Assembly: GCA_934424575.1 (NCBI GenBank)
Contig: CAKRXU010000008.1
Span: forward strand, 7,179 to 71,178
Direction of reading: 5' to 3'
DNA: 64,000 nucleotides
Source of the DNA: an uncultured Blautia sp.
Lineage (GTDB): Bacteria > Bacillota > Clostridia > Lachnospirales > Lachnospiraceae
Position numbers and translations under genes: made by a program. Under the pieces are notes generated by a model. The model was not told the origin of the DNA, searched no databases, and saw only the letters and a list, made by a program, of their open reading frames with translations. Of this stretch, positions 18,206-28,058 are shown one piece after another (positions within the stretch are counted from its first letter, which is position 1; each line of letters opens with the position of its first letter).

Positions 18206-18970
18206 ATGATTTTAGCCATTGATATCGGAAACACCAACATTGTAGTTGGCTGTATCGAAGAAGAGAAGATTTACTTTATAGAGAGGATTTCCACGAACCA
18301 CACCAAGACAGAACTGGAGTATGCGATCGACCTCAAGACGATCCTTGACATCCATCACATCAAACGTTCTGAGATCGAGGGTGCGATCATTTCTTCCGTA
18401 GTTCCGCAGATCACCAATGCAGCGAAGCTTGCGGTCGAAAAGATCCTCAAAAAAGAACCGATGGTACTGGGACCAGGGGTTAAGACAGGACTGAACATTG
18501 TTCTGGATAATCCGGGAGAGATGGGAGCAGACCGTGTGGCAGACGCAGTTGCGGCGCTGGCACAGTATCCGGTACCGCTGGTCATCGTGGATATGGGAAC
18601 AGCGACTACGATTTCTGTTCTGGATGATAAAAAACGTTATATCGGCGGAATGATCCTTCCGGGTGTACGGATCTCTCTGGATGCGCTGACTTCCAGAGCA
18701 TCACAGCTGAGCGGAATCAGTATTGAAGAGCCGAAACGGCTCATTGGAAGAAATACGGTAGACTGCATGAAGAGCGGTATCCTTTATGGAAATGCTGCTG
18801 CGGTGGACGGTATCGTGGACAGGATCGAAGAAGAACTTGGACAGAAAGTCACCGTGATCGCAACCGGTGGAATGTCCAAAAAGATCATTCCTCACTGTAG
18901 GAGAGAGATGATCTGGGACGGAGACCTGCTTCTCAAGGGACTTCAGATCATTTACGACAAGAACAAGTAA
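18206..18970 (+). CDS. coaX: type III pantothenate kinase
   Basis: 254 aa. MILAIDIGNTN and GADR/ATGG motifs. Confidence 0.95.
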   Translation: MILAIDIGNTNIVVGCIEEEKIYFIERISTNHTKTELEYAIDLKTILDIHHIKRSEIEGAIISSVVPQITNAAKLAVEKILKKEPMVLGPGVKTGLNIVLDNPGEMGADRVADAVAALAQYPVPLVIVDMGTATTISVLDDKKRYIGGMILPGVRISLDALTSRASQLSGISIEEPKRLIGRNTVDCMKSGILYGNAAAVDGIVDRIEEELGQKVTVIATGGMSKKIIPHCRREMIWDGDLLLKGLQIIYDKNK

Positions 18971-18985
18971 AAATCAGTAACTATA

Positions 18986-19033
18986 AAATCACTTCTTTTG
19001 ACTGTGTGAAACAGCAGAGGAAGTGATTTTTTT
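18986..19033. terminator. rho-independent terminator between convergent genes
   Basis: AAATCACTTC (18986-18995) pairs with GAAGTGATTT (19020-19029), followed by T7. Confidence 0.8.
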
Positions 19034-19048
19034 GTTCGAAAAAATTCT

Positions 19049-19930
19049 TTAGAATGCCTGTGCCATGTCCTCCGGGACGGGAGCGGTGAAGCACAGGTCT
19101 TTGCCGGTCAGTGGATGCCGGAAATTAAGCTGGAAAGAATGCAGAGGCTGTCTTTGGAAGCAGTCATAGACCGGATGATAGAGATAATCTGCCGGGAGTG
19201 GATGTCCGATGTGTCCCATATGTACCCGGATCTGGTGGGTGCGTCCTGTTTCCAGATGGATCTCCAGAAGGGAATGATCATTTCTGACGGCGAGCCGTTC
19301 ATAATGTGTGACGGCGGATTCCCCGTGCTCCAGGTCGATCTGCCGCTGGATCACGGAATCGGAAACACGCCCGATCGGGGCAGAGATCGTCCCGGATGGA
19401 GGGGTGACACCGCAGACAACTGCCAGATAGGTGCGACGGATCTCACGGTTTCGCATCTGTGAGGAAAGGATCGCGGCACTGAGCGCATTTTTGGCGAGGA
19501 TCAGTGCACCGGAGGTATCACGGTCCAGACGGTTGATGCAGCGGAACGGGCAGAGTTCGTCCTTTTGCTGAAAATAAAAGGCCGCGGCATTGGCGAGGGT
19601 GTTCGTATAATTTCCGATCGAAGGATGCACGGGCATATCCGCCGGTTTGTTCAAGATAAGAATATCTTCGTCCTCATAAAGAACGTTAAGTGGCAGCGGT
19701 GTGGGAACGATACCGTCCACAGATCCTGTTTCCATGACACGTACCCGAAAAAAGTCGCCCGCATGAAGAGTATCCCGTCCTCCGATGCGCACGCCGTTTA
19801 CAAGAAGAGCTTCTTTATCCGGCTTCATAGAAGTCAATATATGCCGGGAAAAACCTTTTGAGCGCAGAAATTCCAGCACCTGCATGCCGGCTTCCTGTGA
19901 TGTGACTGTATAGGTTAAGATTCTGTCCAT
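19049..19930 (-). CDS. RluA-family 23S rRNA/tRNA pseudouridine synthase with N-terminal S4-like domain
   Basis: 293 aa. Catalytic NRLDRDTSG and the HQIRVH motif. Confidence 0.9.
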   Translation of the reverse strand: MDRILTYTVTSQEAGMQVLEFLRSKGFSRHILTSMKPDKEALLVNGVRIGGRDTLHAGDFFRVRVMETGSVDGIVPTPLPLNVLYEDEDILILNKPADMPVHPSIGNYTNTLANAAAFYFQQKDELCPFRCINRLDRDTSGALILAKNALSAAILSSQMRNREIRRTYLAVVCGVTPPSGTISAPIGRVSDSVIQRQIDLEHGESAVTHYERLAVRNDHSLLEIHLETGRTHQIRVHMGHIGHPLPADYLYHPVYDCFQRQPLHSFQLNFRHPLTGKDLCFTAPVPEDMAQAF

Positions 19931-20146
19931 ATGGTTAGTTTCTCCAGTTTGTTTTTTTATCTGGCATCAGTATAGGGCAACAGGGAAAAAATTTCCACAG
20001 ATTTTGCAAAAATAAATGGAAAACAGAATCGCAATCTGGTATAAAATAAGGTAAATAGCGGTTACAGGGAATTTATGGTCCGCCGCTATAATAAAAAGGA
20101 AGATTTTTACATAAGCTGAAATACCTAAGGCCGGGGGAATGAGACA

Positions 20147-21589
20147 ATGAGTGAAGAAAAAAAGATCAGCAAAAAGACACTGAAGATCATCTTGGGAGTA
20201 TGCGTTGGTGCAATTGTGGCACTGGTGGTGGGATTTTTTGCCTATATTTACGTGGCAGATACGAATACACTGGGACGTAAGATCACAATCTATGGACTGG
20301 ATGTGTCGAAACTGGGCGTAGAAGATGCAAAGCAGAAGATCCTGACCACATTCCAGGATAAGAAGATTGTCTTTAAGGAAAACGGAGTGGATGTCTACAG
20401 TCTGACTCTGAAAGATCTGGGTTACAGCCTGGATGAGAATGATCTTACAGCACAGCTTACAGAACTTCAGAAGACGAGAGAAGCAAACCGTAAGATCTTT
20501 GCAGAACAGGAGAATGTAAATATCTCTTACAAAGTCAACAGGGATACCGCGCAGGAAAAGAGTGCACTGACAGCAGACCATTTTGGTGGCAGGGAACGTA
20601 CCTCTTCCACAAATGCGTCCATCCAGTATGATGACGCAAAGAAAGAATTTACGATTACCAGCGAGGTACAGGGTGACGAGATTGATGAAAGCCGTCTGAT
20701 GAGTTTTGTGGATCAGACGCTGGATGCGGATTTTACTTCTGGACTTCTTGATGCGGAAGCTGATATTACGATGGGTACAGAATGTTATCAGCTCCCGGAT
20801 GTTTCCGCAGATGAGGAGATGCAGAACAGGCTGACCAGCCTGAATGATCAGCTTCAGAAGTACAGAAGTACAACGGTTACCTACACATTTGGAAGCAGTA
20901 CCGAGACTCTGGATTCGCAGACGATCGATTCCTGGGTCACCATAGACGGAGAGAATATTGGAATCAACGAGGATTCTGCCAGAGCCTATGTGGAGAATCT
21001 GGCCAATACCTACAATACGATCTATGTGCCGCGAACCTTCCATACTTCTTATGGCAATGATGTGACGATCTCAGACAATGAGTTTGGATTCCGGATCGAT
21101 CAGGATGCGGAAGTTGCACAGCTTCTCGAGGACCTTAAGACTGGTACAGCAGTTTCCAGAGATCCGATCTACAGCAGTCAGGGAATGCAGCGCAACGGAA
21201 CAGATGATCTGGCAGGCAGTTATATAGAAGTCAGCCTGGATAACCAGCATCTGTGGCTTTACAAAGACGGTGCGCTTGTGACAGAAACCGATATCGTAAG
21301 CGGCGCTCCAACCAAGGGCAGAGAGACTTACCGTGGCGCATGGCCGATCGCATACAAGGCAAGCCCGTTTAATCTGAGCAGTTCCGAATACGGATACAAT
21401 GTCAAAGTAAACTACTGGATGCCATTCGTATATGGCCAGGGACTTCACGATGCATCCTGGCAGTCCTCTTTCGGAGGAACCCGCTACAAATCCGGCGCCG
21501 GCAGCCACGGCTGCATCAACCTCCCCGAAGACCAGGCAGCCCTGATCTACAATACGATCGATGGCGGGTATCCGATCATTATCTACTAA
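20147..21589 (+). CDS. L,D-transpeptidase (YkuD domain) with N-terminal membrane anchor and peptidoglycan-binding-like repeats
   Basis: 480 aa. TM segment ILGVCVGAIVALVVGFFAYIYV. The C-terminal YkuD catalytic motif is SHGCINL. Confidence 0.9.
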   Translation: MSEEKKISKKTLKIILGVCVGAIVALVVGFFAYIYVADTNTLGRKITIYGLDVSKLGVEDAKQKILTTFQDKKIVFKENGVDVYSLTLKDLGYSLDENDLTAQLTELQKTREANRKIFAEQENVNISYKVNRDTAQEKSALTADHFGGRERTSSTNASIQYDDAKKEFTITSEVQGDEIDESRLMSFVDQTLDADFTSGLLDAEADITMGTECYQLPDVSADEEMQNRLTSLNDQLQKYRSTTVTYTFGSSTETLDSQTIDSWVTIDGENIGINEDSARAYVENLANTYNTIYVPRTFHTSYGNDVTISDNEFGFRIDQDAEVAQLLEDLKTGTAVSRDPIYSSQGMQRNGTDDLAGSYIEVSLDNQHLWLYKDGALVTETDIVSGAPTKGRETYRGAWPIAYKASPFNLSSSEYGYNVKVNYWMPFVYGQGLHDASWQSSFGGTRYKSGAGSHGCINLPEDQAALIYNTIDGGYPIIIY

Positions 21590-21606
21590 AATTAAATTAT
21601 AGTAAA

Positions 21607-21646
21607 AAACGAACAGCCAGGAGTTTTTGCACTCCTGGCTGTTTTG
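21607..21646. terminator. bidirectional rho-independent terminator
   Basis: AACAGCCAGGAGT (21612-21624) pairs with ACTCCTGGCTGTT (21631-21643). It has an A-run before and TTTG after. Confidence 0.85.
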
Positions 21647-21650
21647 AGGT

Positions 21651-22154
21651 CTATTTCTGATTCTCTTTGAGTTTAAGGATTTCTTCTGCGCTTAGTCCGG
21701 AGAAATTAGAAATGTCTTCCAGAGAGAAACGGGAATCTTTAAGCATTTTCTTTGCGACTTGGATAGAACCCTGTTCCATACCCTGTTTGATAAGCTTTTC
21801 AGATGGTAATTCCAGTAGCTTGCCTCTCATAAAATCACCTAGCCTTTCTTTTACAGTTTCATTATCAGCAAAAATATAATCGGAAATACGTTCGATCAGA
21901 GCAATAAGATCACGATACGTGCATTCGTGTCCTTGAACCATGAATTCCTGATTCAGAAAATTTATAATAGAAGCATATTCTGACAAAAGCTGTTCCAGAA
22001 CTTCTGGGTTTTGAGAAGAATCCGGGCTTTTCCTTTCTGGTTATTATGTATTGTTATCATTCGTACTCAGGAAAAAATCCTCGTGGTATATTTTAACTCT
22101 CAGGTACAGTATACCTGGGAGAATTTATCTTTTGTAGAAAATAAAGTGATGCAT
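21651..22154 (-). pseudogene. remnant of an Rpn/YhgA-like (PD-(D/E)XK 'putative transposase') gene; only the C-terminal part is an intact reading frame
   Basis: The 111-codon frame (21651-21986) ends KQGMEQGSIQVAKKMLKDSRFSLEDISNFSGLSAEEILKLKENQK, which resembles Rpn-family C-termini. The frame opens right after TAATAA and has no upstream in-frame ATG or SD; the track 'M' is a TTG. About 170 nt upstream, a perfect GGAAGGAGG SD plus ATG (22154) opens only a 9-codon ORF. Confidence 0.4.
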
Positions 22155-22282
22155 CGATCCTCCTTCCTTTATGTTGTATTCAAAATTATGATAGCATGAG
22201 GATGATGGATTTGCAAGCTACTATGACCGAAGAGAACAGTAACATTATTTTATAGGCATTGCCCGAAAACAGGTGCATTTCG

Positions 22283-22311
22283 TTGACTTTTTTTATACAA
22301 AATAATATAAT
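22283..22311 (+). promoter_or_regulatory. consensus sigma-A promoter of the cbi operon
   Basis: TTGACT (22283-22288), exactly 17 nt, TATAAT (22306-22311), 28 nt before the cbiD ATG. Confidence 0.7.
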
Positions 22312-22338
22312 TAGTGAGCGGATACAAGGAGGAGATTT

Positions 22339-23514
22339 ATGGTACAGAAAAACGGACTGGAAGATTATTATGTGATCAGAAACCAGAAGAAATTACGTTT
22401 TGGTTATACGACTGGTTCCTGTGCGGCTGGGGCTGCCAGGGGAGCAGCACGACTTCTGCTTGGAGAGGATGAGATCAGTGAAGTGGAGCTGATGACTCCG
22501 AAGGGAATCCTTCTTCATCTGGAGATCCTGGACAGGAAACGAAGTGAGAACGCGGCAAGCTGCGCGGTCCGTAAGGATGCAGGAGACGATCCGGATACCA
22601 CAAATGGAATCCTGGTTTATGCGGAAGTTGAGAAATTTTTGATACGGTCAGATATGGAAGACCGCATCGTGATAGATGGAGGTATCGGAGTAGGACGGGT
22701 GACGAAGCCCGGGCTTTCCCAGAAGATCGGGGAGGCTGCGATCAATCCGGTGCCGAGAGCTATGATCTTACAGGCAGTCGAAGAAATTGCAGATCAGTAT
22801 CACTATGAGGGCGGACTCAAAGTGACGATCTCTGTGCCGGAAGGGGAGAAGATAGCCAGAAAGACCTTCAATCCCCGTCTGGGAATCGTGGGCGGAATAT
22901 CGATTCTTGGAACATCCGGTATCGTAGAGCCTATGAGTGAGAAAGCTCTGATCGACAGTATCCGGGTGGAAATGACACAGCATGCAGCAATGGGTGAGCA
23001 GTACATGCTTGTGACACCTGGAAACTACGGAGCCGATTATCTGAGGGAGCACATGGAGCTTCCTTTCGAAAAAAACATCAAATGCAGCAACTATGTAGGT
23101 GAGACGATCGACATGGCAGTAGATATGGGCGTGAAAGGGATTCTTTTTATCTCTCATATCGGCAAATTTGTCAAGGTTGCGGCAGGGATCATGAACACCC
23201 ATTCACACAGTGCAGATGCACGTATGGAGGTACTTTGTTCCAATGCCATCCGTGCAGGCGGGGATCTTGCATGTGCCAGATCCATTCTGCAGTGTAATAC
23301 CACAGACGAAGCATTGCGCGTCCTGGACGAAAACCACATTCTTAAGGAAACGATGAAGGAGATCACAGACAGGATCCAATTCTATCTGGACCATCGCTCC
23401 TACCAGCAGATCCTGCTTGGAGCAGTGATCTTTTCCAATGAATATGGATACCTCGGACAGACAGCAAATGCAGCGGAATTGATCGATAAAATTAGCAAAG
23501 GAGAAAAGGAATAA
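22339..23514 (+). CDS. cbiD: cobalt-precorrin-5B (C1)-methyltransferase
   Basis: 391 aa. The FGYTTGSCAAGAA motif and an AAGGAGG SD. Confidence 0.95.
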   Translation: MVQKNGLEDYYVIRNQKKLRFGYTTGSCAAGAARGAARLLLGEDEISEVELMTPKGILLHLEILDRKRSENAASCAVRKDAGDDPDTTNGILVYAEVEKFLIRSDMEDRIVIDGGIGVGRVTKPGLSQKIGEAAINPVPRAMILQAVEEIADQYHYEGGLKVTISVPEGEKIARKTFNPRLGIVGGISILGTSGIVEPMSEKALIDSIRVEMTQHAAMGEQYMLVTPGNYGADYLREHMELPFEKNIKCSNYVGETIDMAVDMGVKGILFISHIGKFVKVAAGIMNTHSHSADARMEVLCSNAIRAGGDLACARSILQCNTTDEALRVLDENHILKETMKEITDRIQFYLDHRSYQQILLGAVIFSNEYGYLGQTANAAELIDKISKGEKE

Positions 23515-24272
23515 TGGTTCATTTTGTAGGCGCAGGCCCGGGAGCACCGGACCTTATCACAGTCAGAGGAAAACAGTATCTTGAGGAGGCTGACGTTATC
23601 ATTTATGCGGGATCTCTCGTAAATCCACAGCTTCTCGAATACAGTAAGGACGTATGCACGATCCACAACAGTGCCAAGATGACACTGGAAGAAGTAATTT
23701 CTGTCATCGAAAACGCAGAGGCAGAGGGTAAGATGACCGTACGTCTTCACACCGGCGATCCGTGTATCTACGGTGCGATCCGTGAGCAGATGGATATTCT
23801 CGATGAGAAGGGGATTTCCTACGATTACTGTCCTGGAGTCAGCGCATTCTGCGGTGCAGCAAGTGCACTGAATCTGGAGTACACACTTCCGGAGATCTCG
23901 CAGAGCGTGATCATCACCAGAATGGAAGGACGTACACCGGTTCCGAGCAAAGAGAGCATCCAGTCTTTTGCGGCACATCAGGCAACCATGGTCGTATTCT
24001 TGAGTACCGGAATGCTCGAAGAACTGAGCAGACGACTGATCGAGGGCGGCTACACAGCAGATACACCGGCAGCGATCGTTTACAAGGCAACCTGGCCGGA
24101 TGAGAAGAAATTTGTCTGCACAGTCGGAACACTTGCACAGACAGCAGCAGAGAACAACATTACCAAGACTGCACTTATGATCATCGGAGATTCTGTCAAG
24201 GCAGCCCAGTACGACCGTTCCAAGCTTTATGATCCGGGATTTACCACAGAATTCCGTGAAGCGACCAAATAA
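23514..24272 (+). CDS. cbiF: cobalt-precorrin-4 C11-methyltransferase
   Basis: 252 aa beginning MVHFVGAGPGAPDLITVRG. TAATG overlap with cbiD. Confidence 0.95.
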   Translation: MVHFVGAGPGAPDLITVRGKQYLEEADVIIYAGSLVNPQLLEYSKDVCTIHNSAKMTLEEVISVIENAEAEGKMTVRLHTGDPCIYGAIREQMDILDEKGISYDYCPGVSAFCGAASALNLEYTLPEISQSVIITRMEGRTPVPSKESIQSFAAHQATMVVFLSTGMLEELSRRLIEGGYTADTPAAIVYKATWPDEKKFVCTVGTLAQTAAENNITKTALMIIGDSVKAAQYDRSKLYDPGFTTEFREATK

Positions 24273-24279
24273 GAACAAT

Positions 24280-25338
24280 ATGGATATTTCTATCATATGC
24301 TTCAGTCTTACCGGATTTCAGACAGCTCTGAAACTCCAGGAAGGACTGAAAGCACAGGGGTATCACACCGAACTTTACAAAAAGAGTAAATATCTGGAAG
24401 ATTCTGTTACAGAAAGTACAGGAAACTGGACAGCAGAGCATTTTCAGAAGGATGACGGGTTGATCTTTGTCGGAGCCTGCGGGATCGCCGTGCGCAGCAT
24501 CGCACCACAGGTTGCCAGCAAGAAATCAGACCCGGCAGTTCTTGTCGTGGATGAGTGCGGACAGTTTGTGATCTCACTTTTGTCCGGACACCTGGGCGGA
24601 GCGAATGAACTGAGCCTGAAAGCCGCACAGATCCTGAGTGCACAGCCGGTCGTGACGACAGCGACAGACCTTCATAAGCAGTTTGCTGTCGATGTTTTTG
24701 CCAAAAAAAACGGCTGCGAGATCCTGTTTATGAAGGCAGCGAAGGAAGTTTCCGCGGCACTGCTTGCAGGAGAGCCGGTGGGATTCTACAGTGAATTTCC
24801 ACTTGTGGGAGCACTTCCGAATGGACTGACAGAATGTGATGCAGAGGGAATTCCACTTGATGGGGGAAGCACCCCTGAGATCGGCGTTGCTGTCACGATC
24901 CACCCATCCTGTCTGCCGTTTGCCTCTACCACACAGGTCGTTCCACCGGCAGTCACACTCGGAATGGGATGCAGGAAAAATAAAGAAGCTGACATCATCC
25001 GAAGGGAAGCTGAGAACTGTCTGATGGAGTCAGATATCTACCGTCAGGCAATTGGAAATCTTGCAAGCATTTCCCTTAAAAAAGACGAGCCTGGGCTCAA
25101 TGCCCTGGCAGAGGAATGGAAGATCCCTTTTGTCACTTATACAGAAGAAGAATTAAAAGAAGTAAAAGGAGAATTTACTCCATCTGCTTTTGTCCGGACC
25201 ATCACAGGCGTGGAGAATGTCTGTGAGAGAAGTGCCGTGCTTGCATCCGGCAATGGCAGCCTTATCAGAAAAAAGACCGGGAGAGAGGGCGTGACGACAG
25301 CTCTGGGACTCCGGAAATGGGAGGTACATTTTGAATAA
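24280..25338 (+). CDS. cbiG: cobalt-precorrin-5A hydrolase
   Basis: ATG at 24280 (the track start at 24229 overlaps cbiF). GACGIAVRSIAP...LVVDECGQFVISLLSGHLGGAN is typical CbiG. Confidence 0.9.
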   Translation: MDISIICFSLTGFQTALKLQEGLKAQGYHTELYKKSKYLEDSVTESTGNWTAEHFQKDDGLIFVGACGIAVRSIAPQVASKKSDPAVLVVDECGQFVISLLSGHLGGANELSLKAAQILSAQPVVTTATDLHKQFAVDVFAKKNGCEILFMKAAKEVSAALLAGEPVGFYSEFPLVGALPNGLTECDAEGIPLDGGSTPEIGVAVTIHPSCLPFASTTQVVPPAVTLGMGCRKNKEADIIRREAENCLMESDIYRQAIGNLASISLKKDEPGLNALAEEWKIPFVTYTEEELKEVKGEFTPSAFVRTITGVENVCERSAVLASGNGSLIRKKTGREGVTTALGLRKWEVHFE

Positions 25339-26062
25339 AATATATGTTGTAGGAATCGGACCGGGAGGCTGTGACCAGATGACCGGTATAGCAATGGAAG
25401 CTCTGAAAAAAAGTGATGCGATCATCGGATATACCGTTTATGTGGATCTTGTCAAGGACACATTCCCGGACAAAGAATTCCTGACCACACCAATGAAAAA
25501 AGAAGTTGACCGCTGCGTTCTGGCATTTGAAGAAGCAATGAAGGGCAAAGTTGTTTCCATGATCTGCAGTGGAGATGCCGGCGTTTATGGTATGGCAGGT
25601 CTTATGTATGAAGTTGGCGTAAATTATCCGGAAGTAGAACTTGAGATCGTCCCTGGTGTCACAGCAGCACTTGGCGGGGCAGCAGTCCTTGGTGCACCAT
25701 TGATCCATGATTTCTGTCTTATCAGTTTAAGTGACCTTCTCACTCCGTGGGAAAAGATCGAGGCCAGACTTCTTGGTGCATCCCAGGCAGATTTTGTCAT
25801 CTGTCTCTACAATCCATCCAGCAAAAAACGTCATGACTATCTTCAGAAAGCCTGTGATCTGATGATGCAGTTCAAATCCCCGGACACTGTCTGCGGAACT
25901 GTCTGCAATATTGGACGTGAAGGAGAAGAATATCATCTGATGACTCTGAAGGAACTTCGTGACACACAGGTAGATATGTTTACAACCGTATTTATCGGAA
26001 ACTCTCAGACAAAAGAAATCAACGGCAAGATGGTAACACCACGAGGATACAGGAATGTATAA
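25331..26062 (+). CDS. cbiH: cobalt-precorrin-3B C17-methyltransferase
   Basis: TTG start at 25331 with a GGGAGG SD, overlapping the cbiG stop. (M)NKIYVVGIGPGG... Confidence 0.9.
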   Translation: MNKIYVVGIGPGGCDQMTGIAMEALKKSDAIIGYTVYVDLVKDTFPDKEFLTTPMKKEVDRCVLAFEEAMKGKVVSMICSGDAGVYGMAGLMYEVGVNYPEVELEIVPGVTAALGGAAVLGAPLIHDFCLISLSDLLTPWEKIEARLLGASQADFVICLYNPSSKKRHDYLQKACDLMMQFKSPDTVCGTVCNIGREGEEYHLMTLKELRDTQVDMFTTVFIGNSQTKEINGKMVTPRGYRNV

Positions 26063-28058
26063 AGTCATTGTATTTGCCGGGACGACCGAAGGATACGAGA
26101 TCAGTCGTTTCCTCGGTGAAAACCAGATCCCGGTGCTGGCATGTGTGGCGACAGAATACGGCTCCAGATCTCTCAAAGAAAGTTCCAGTCTGCATGTACA
26201 GGCGGGACGTCTCGATGAGAATGAGATGAAAGAGCTTTTTTTCAGAAAAAAACCGGAACTTGTTCTGGATGCGACACATCCTTACGCAGCAGAAGTGACA
26301 CGAAATATCCGAAAAGCCTGCGAGGAAGCAGAAGTTTCCTATACAAGGATCCTCCGTACAGGCAGCGAGCAGCAGAATGCTGCCTACGTTAAGGACACGC
26401 AGGAAGCAGCGGAGTACCTGAAGGGAACCACAGGAAACGTCCTTCTGACCACAGGAAGCAAGGAACTGGCGGCATTTACTTCCGTTCCGGATTATAAGGA
26501 GCGTTTGTTTGCGAGAGTACTGTCCCTTCCGTCCGTGATCGAAGCCTGTCAGGCACTTGGTTTTGAAGGCCGGAACCTGATCGCGATGCAGGGACCTTTT
26601 TCCATGGAACTGAATCAGGCGATGCTTACACAGTATGAGTGCAGATATCTGGTCACCAAGGATTCCGGCAAAGCAGGCGGCTTCCTTGAGAAGATCCAGG
26701 CGGCCGAAGCCTGTGGTGCAACTGTTGTGATCATCGGAAGACCTCTCGCAGAAGAGGGTCTGTCTCTGCGGGAATGCAGACATATGCTGATTGAGCGTTA
26801 CGGACTTACCAGGAAACAGAAAGTCACCCTTCTTGGAATCGGAATGGGAAGCCCAAAGACTCTGACACTGGAGGGACAGGAAGCTGTCCGAAACGCGGAT
26901 CTTATCGTAGGCGCAAAGCGAATGGTTGATGCTGTCCGACTTTCTGGACAGGATGTTTTTTATGAATATCGGAGCAAAGAGATCGCAGAGTATCTGATCG
27001 CACATCCGGAGTACACCAAAGTTGTAGTTGCACTTTCCGGTGACGTTGGATTTTACAGCGGGGCGAAGAAACTTGCAGAACTTCTCGGACCGGATACGGA
27101 AATGATCTGTGGGATCTCATCCGTGGTTTACTTCATGTCAAAGATCGGTCTGTCCTGGGACGATGCAAAAATCGTCAGCGCGCATGGCAAAGCCTGCAAC
27201 CTCATTTCCCTGATCCGCATGAACCGCAAGGTTTTTTCAATCCTCGGAACGGGTGACGGAGTGCGGAAACTGGCAGAAAAGCTTACATTTTACGGAATGG
27301 GCGACGTTATTCTTCATGTTGGAGAAAATCTTTCTTACGACAATGAGAAGATCCTGGCGAAACCGGCCAGAGAACTCGTTTCCTATGAAGGTGATCCTTT
27401 AAGTGTGATCTGTGCGTACAATTTAGGGGCAGAGCCGGAACTGGCAACTCATGGAATTCCAGACGAAGAATTTATCCGCGGCAAGGCACCGATGACCAAG
27501 ACAGAAGTGCGTACCGTTTCTCTCTCCAAACTGAGACTTCCAAAAGATGCCATCTGCTACGACATTGGTGCAGGAACAGGTTCTGTTTCTGTCGAAATGG
27601 CACTTCGCGCATCGGAAGGCGAGGTCTATGCGATCGAGAAAAAGGAGGATGCCCTGGCACTCCTTCATGAGAATAAGAAGAAATTTGCACTGGATCATAT
27701 GCACATCATTCCGGGAACTGCGCCGGAGGCATTTGAGGAACTTCCCGTGCCGACACACGCTTTTATCGGCGGATCTTCCGGAAACATGAAAGAGATCGTA
27801 GAGCTTCTGCTGAATAAGAACCCACAGGTGCGTATCGTGATCAACTGCATTACCCTGGAAACCGTGGGCGAGGCACTTGCCTGCATCCGTGGACTTGAGA
27901 AACAGGAAATTTATGAGTGTGAGAGCGAAGTCGTGCAGCTCTGTGCATCCAGATCCAAAAATATCGGACGCTACCATATGATGATGGGCGAAAACCCGAT
28001 CTATATCATCACGGTACAGGCACATGAGAAATGCAGGACACAGGAGGAAGAGGCATGA
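26055..28058 (+). CDS. cbiJ-cbiE-cbiT: three-domain fusion: cobalt-precorrin-6A reductase (CbiJ), cobalt-precorrin-7 C5-methyltransferase (CbiE) and cobalt-precorrin-6B C15-methyltransferase, decarboxylating (CbiT)
   Basis: 667 aa. The N-terminus MYKVIVFAGTTEGYEIS is CbiJ/CobK. From ~aa 256, KVTLLGIGMGSPKTLTLEGQEAVRNADLIVG is CbiE. From ~aa 465, IPDEEFIRGKAPMTKTEVRTVSLSKL...YDIGAGTGSVS is CbiT. Confidence 0.9.
   Translation: MYKVIVFAGTTEGYEISRFLGENQIPVLACVATEYGSRSLKESSSLHVQAGRLDENEMKELFFRKKPELVLDATHPYAAEVTRNIRKACEEAEVSYTRILRTGSEQQNAAYVKDTQEAAEYLKGTTGNVLLTTGSKELAAFTSVPDYKERLFARVLSLPSVIEACQALGFEGRNLIAMQGPFSMELNQAMLTQYECRYLVTKDSGKAGGFLEKIQAAEACGATVVIIGRPLAEEGLSLRECRHMLIERYGLTRKQKVTLLGIGMGSPKTLTLEGQEAVRNADLIVGAKRMVDAVRLSGQDVFYEYRSKEIAEYLIAHPEYTKVVVALSGDVGFYSGAKKLAELLGPDTEMICGISSVVYFMSKIGLSWDDAKIVSAHGKACNLISLIRMNRKVFSILGTGDGVRKLAEKLTFYGMGDVILHVGENLSYDNEKILAKPARELVSYEGDPLSVICAYNLGAEPELATHGIPDEEFIRGKAPMTKTEVRTVSLSKLRLPKDAICYDIGAGTGSVSVEMALRASEGEVYAIEKKEDALALLHENKKKFALDHMHIIPGTAPEAFEELPVPTHAFIGGSSGNMKEIVELLLNKNPQVRIVINCITLETVGEALACIRGLEKQEIYECESEVVQLCASRSKNIGRYHMMMGENPIYIITVQAHEKCRTQEEEA

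Noticed and set aside
22011-22199. 62-aa plus-strand ORF in the Rpn-remnant region, and the 75-aa ORF at 40802-41029 between the two EIICB genes.
   Set aside because: Neither has an SD, and their composition is odd. The first lies antisense to the decayed Rpn frame. The second overlaps the start of the second EIICB gene out of frame.
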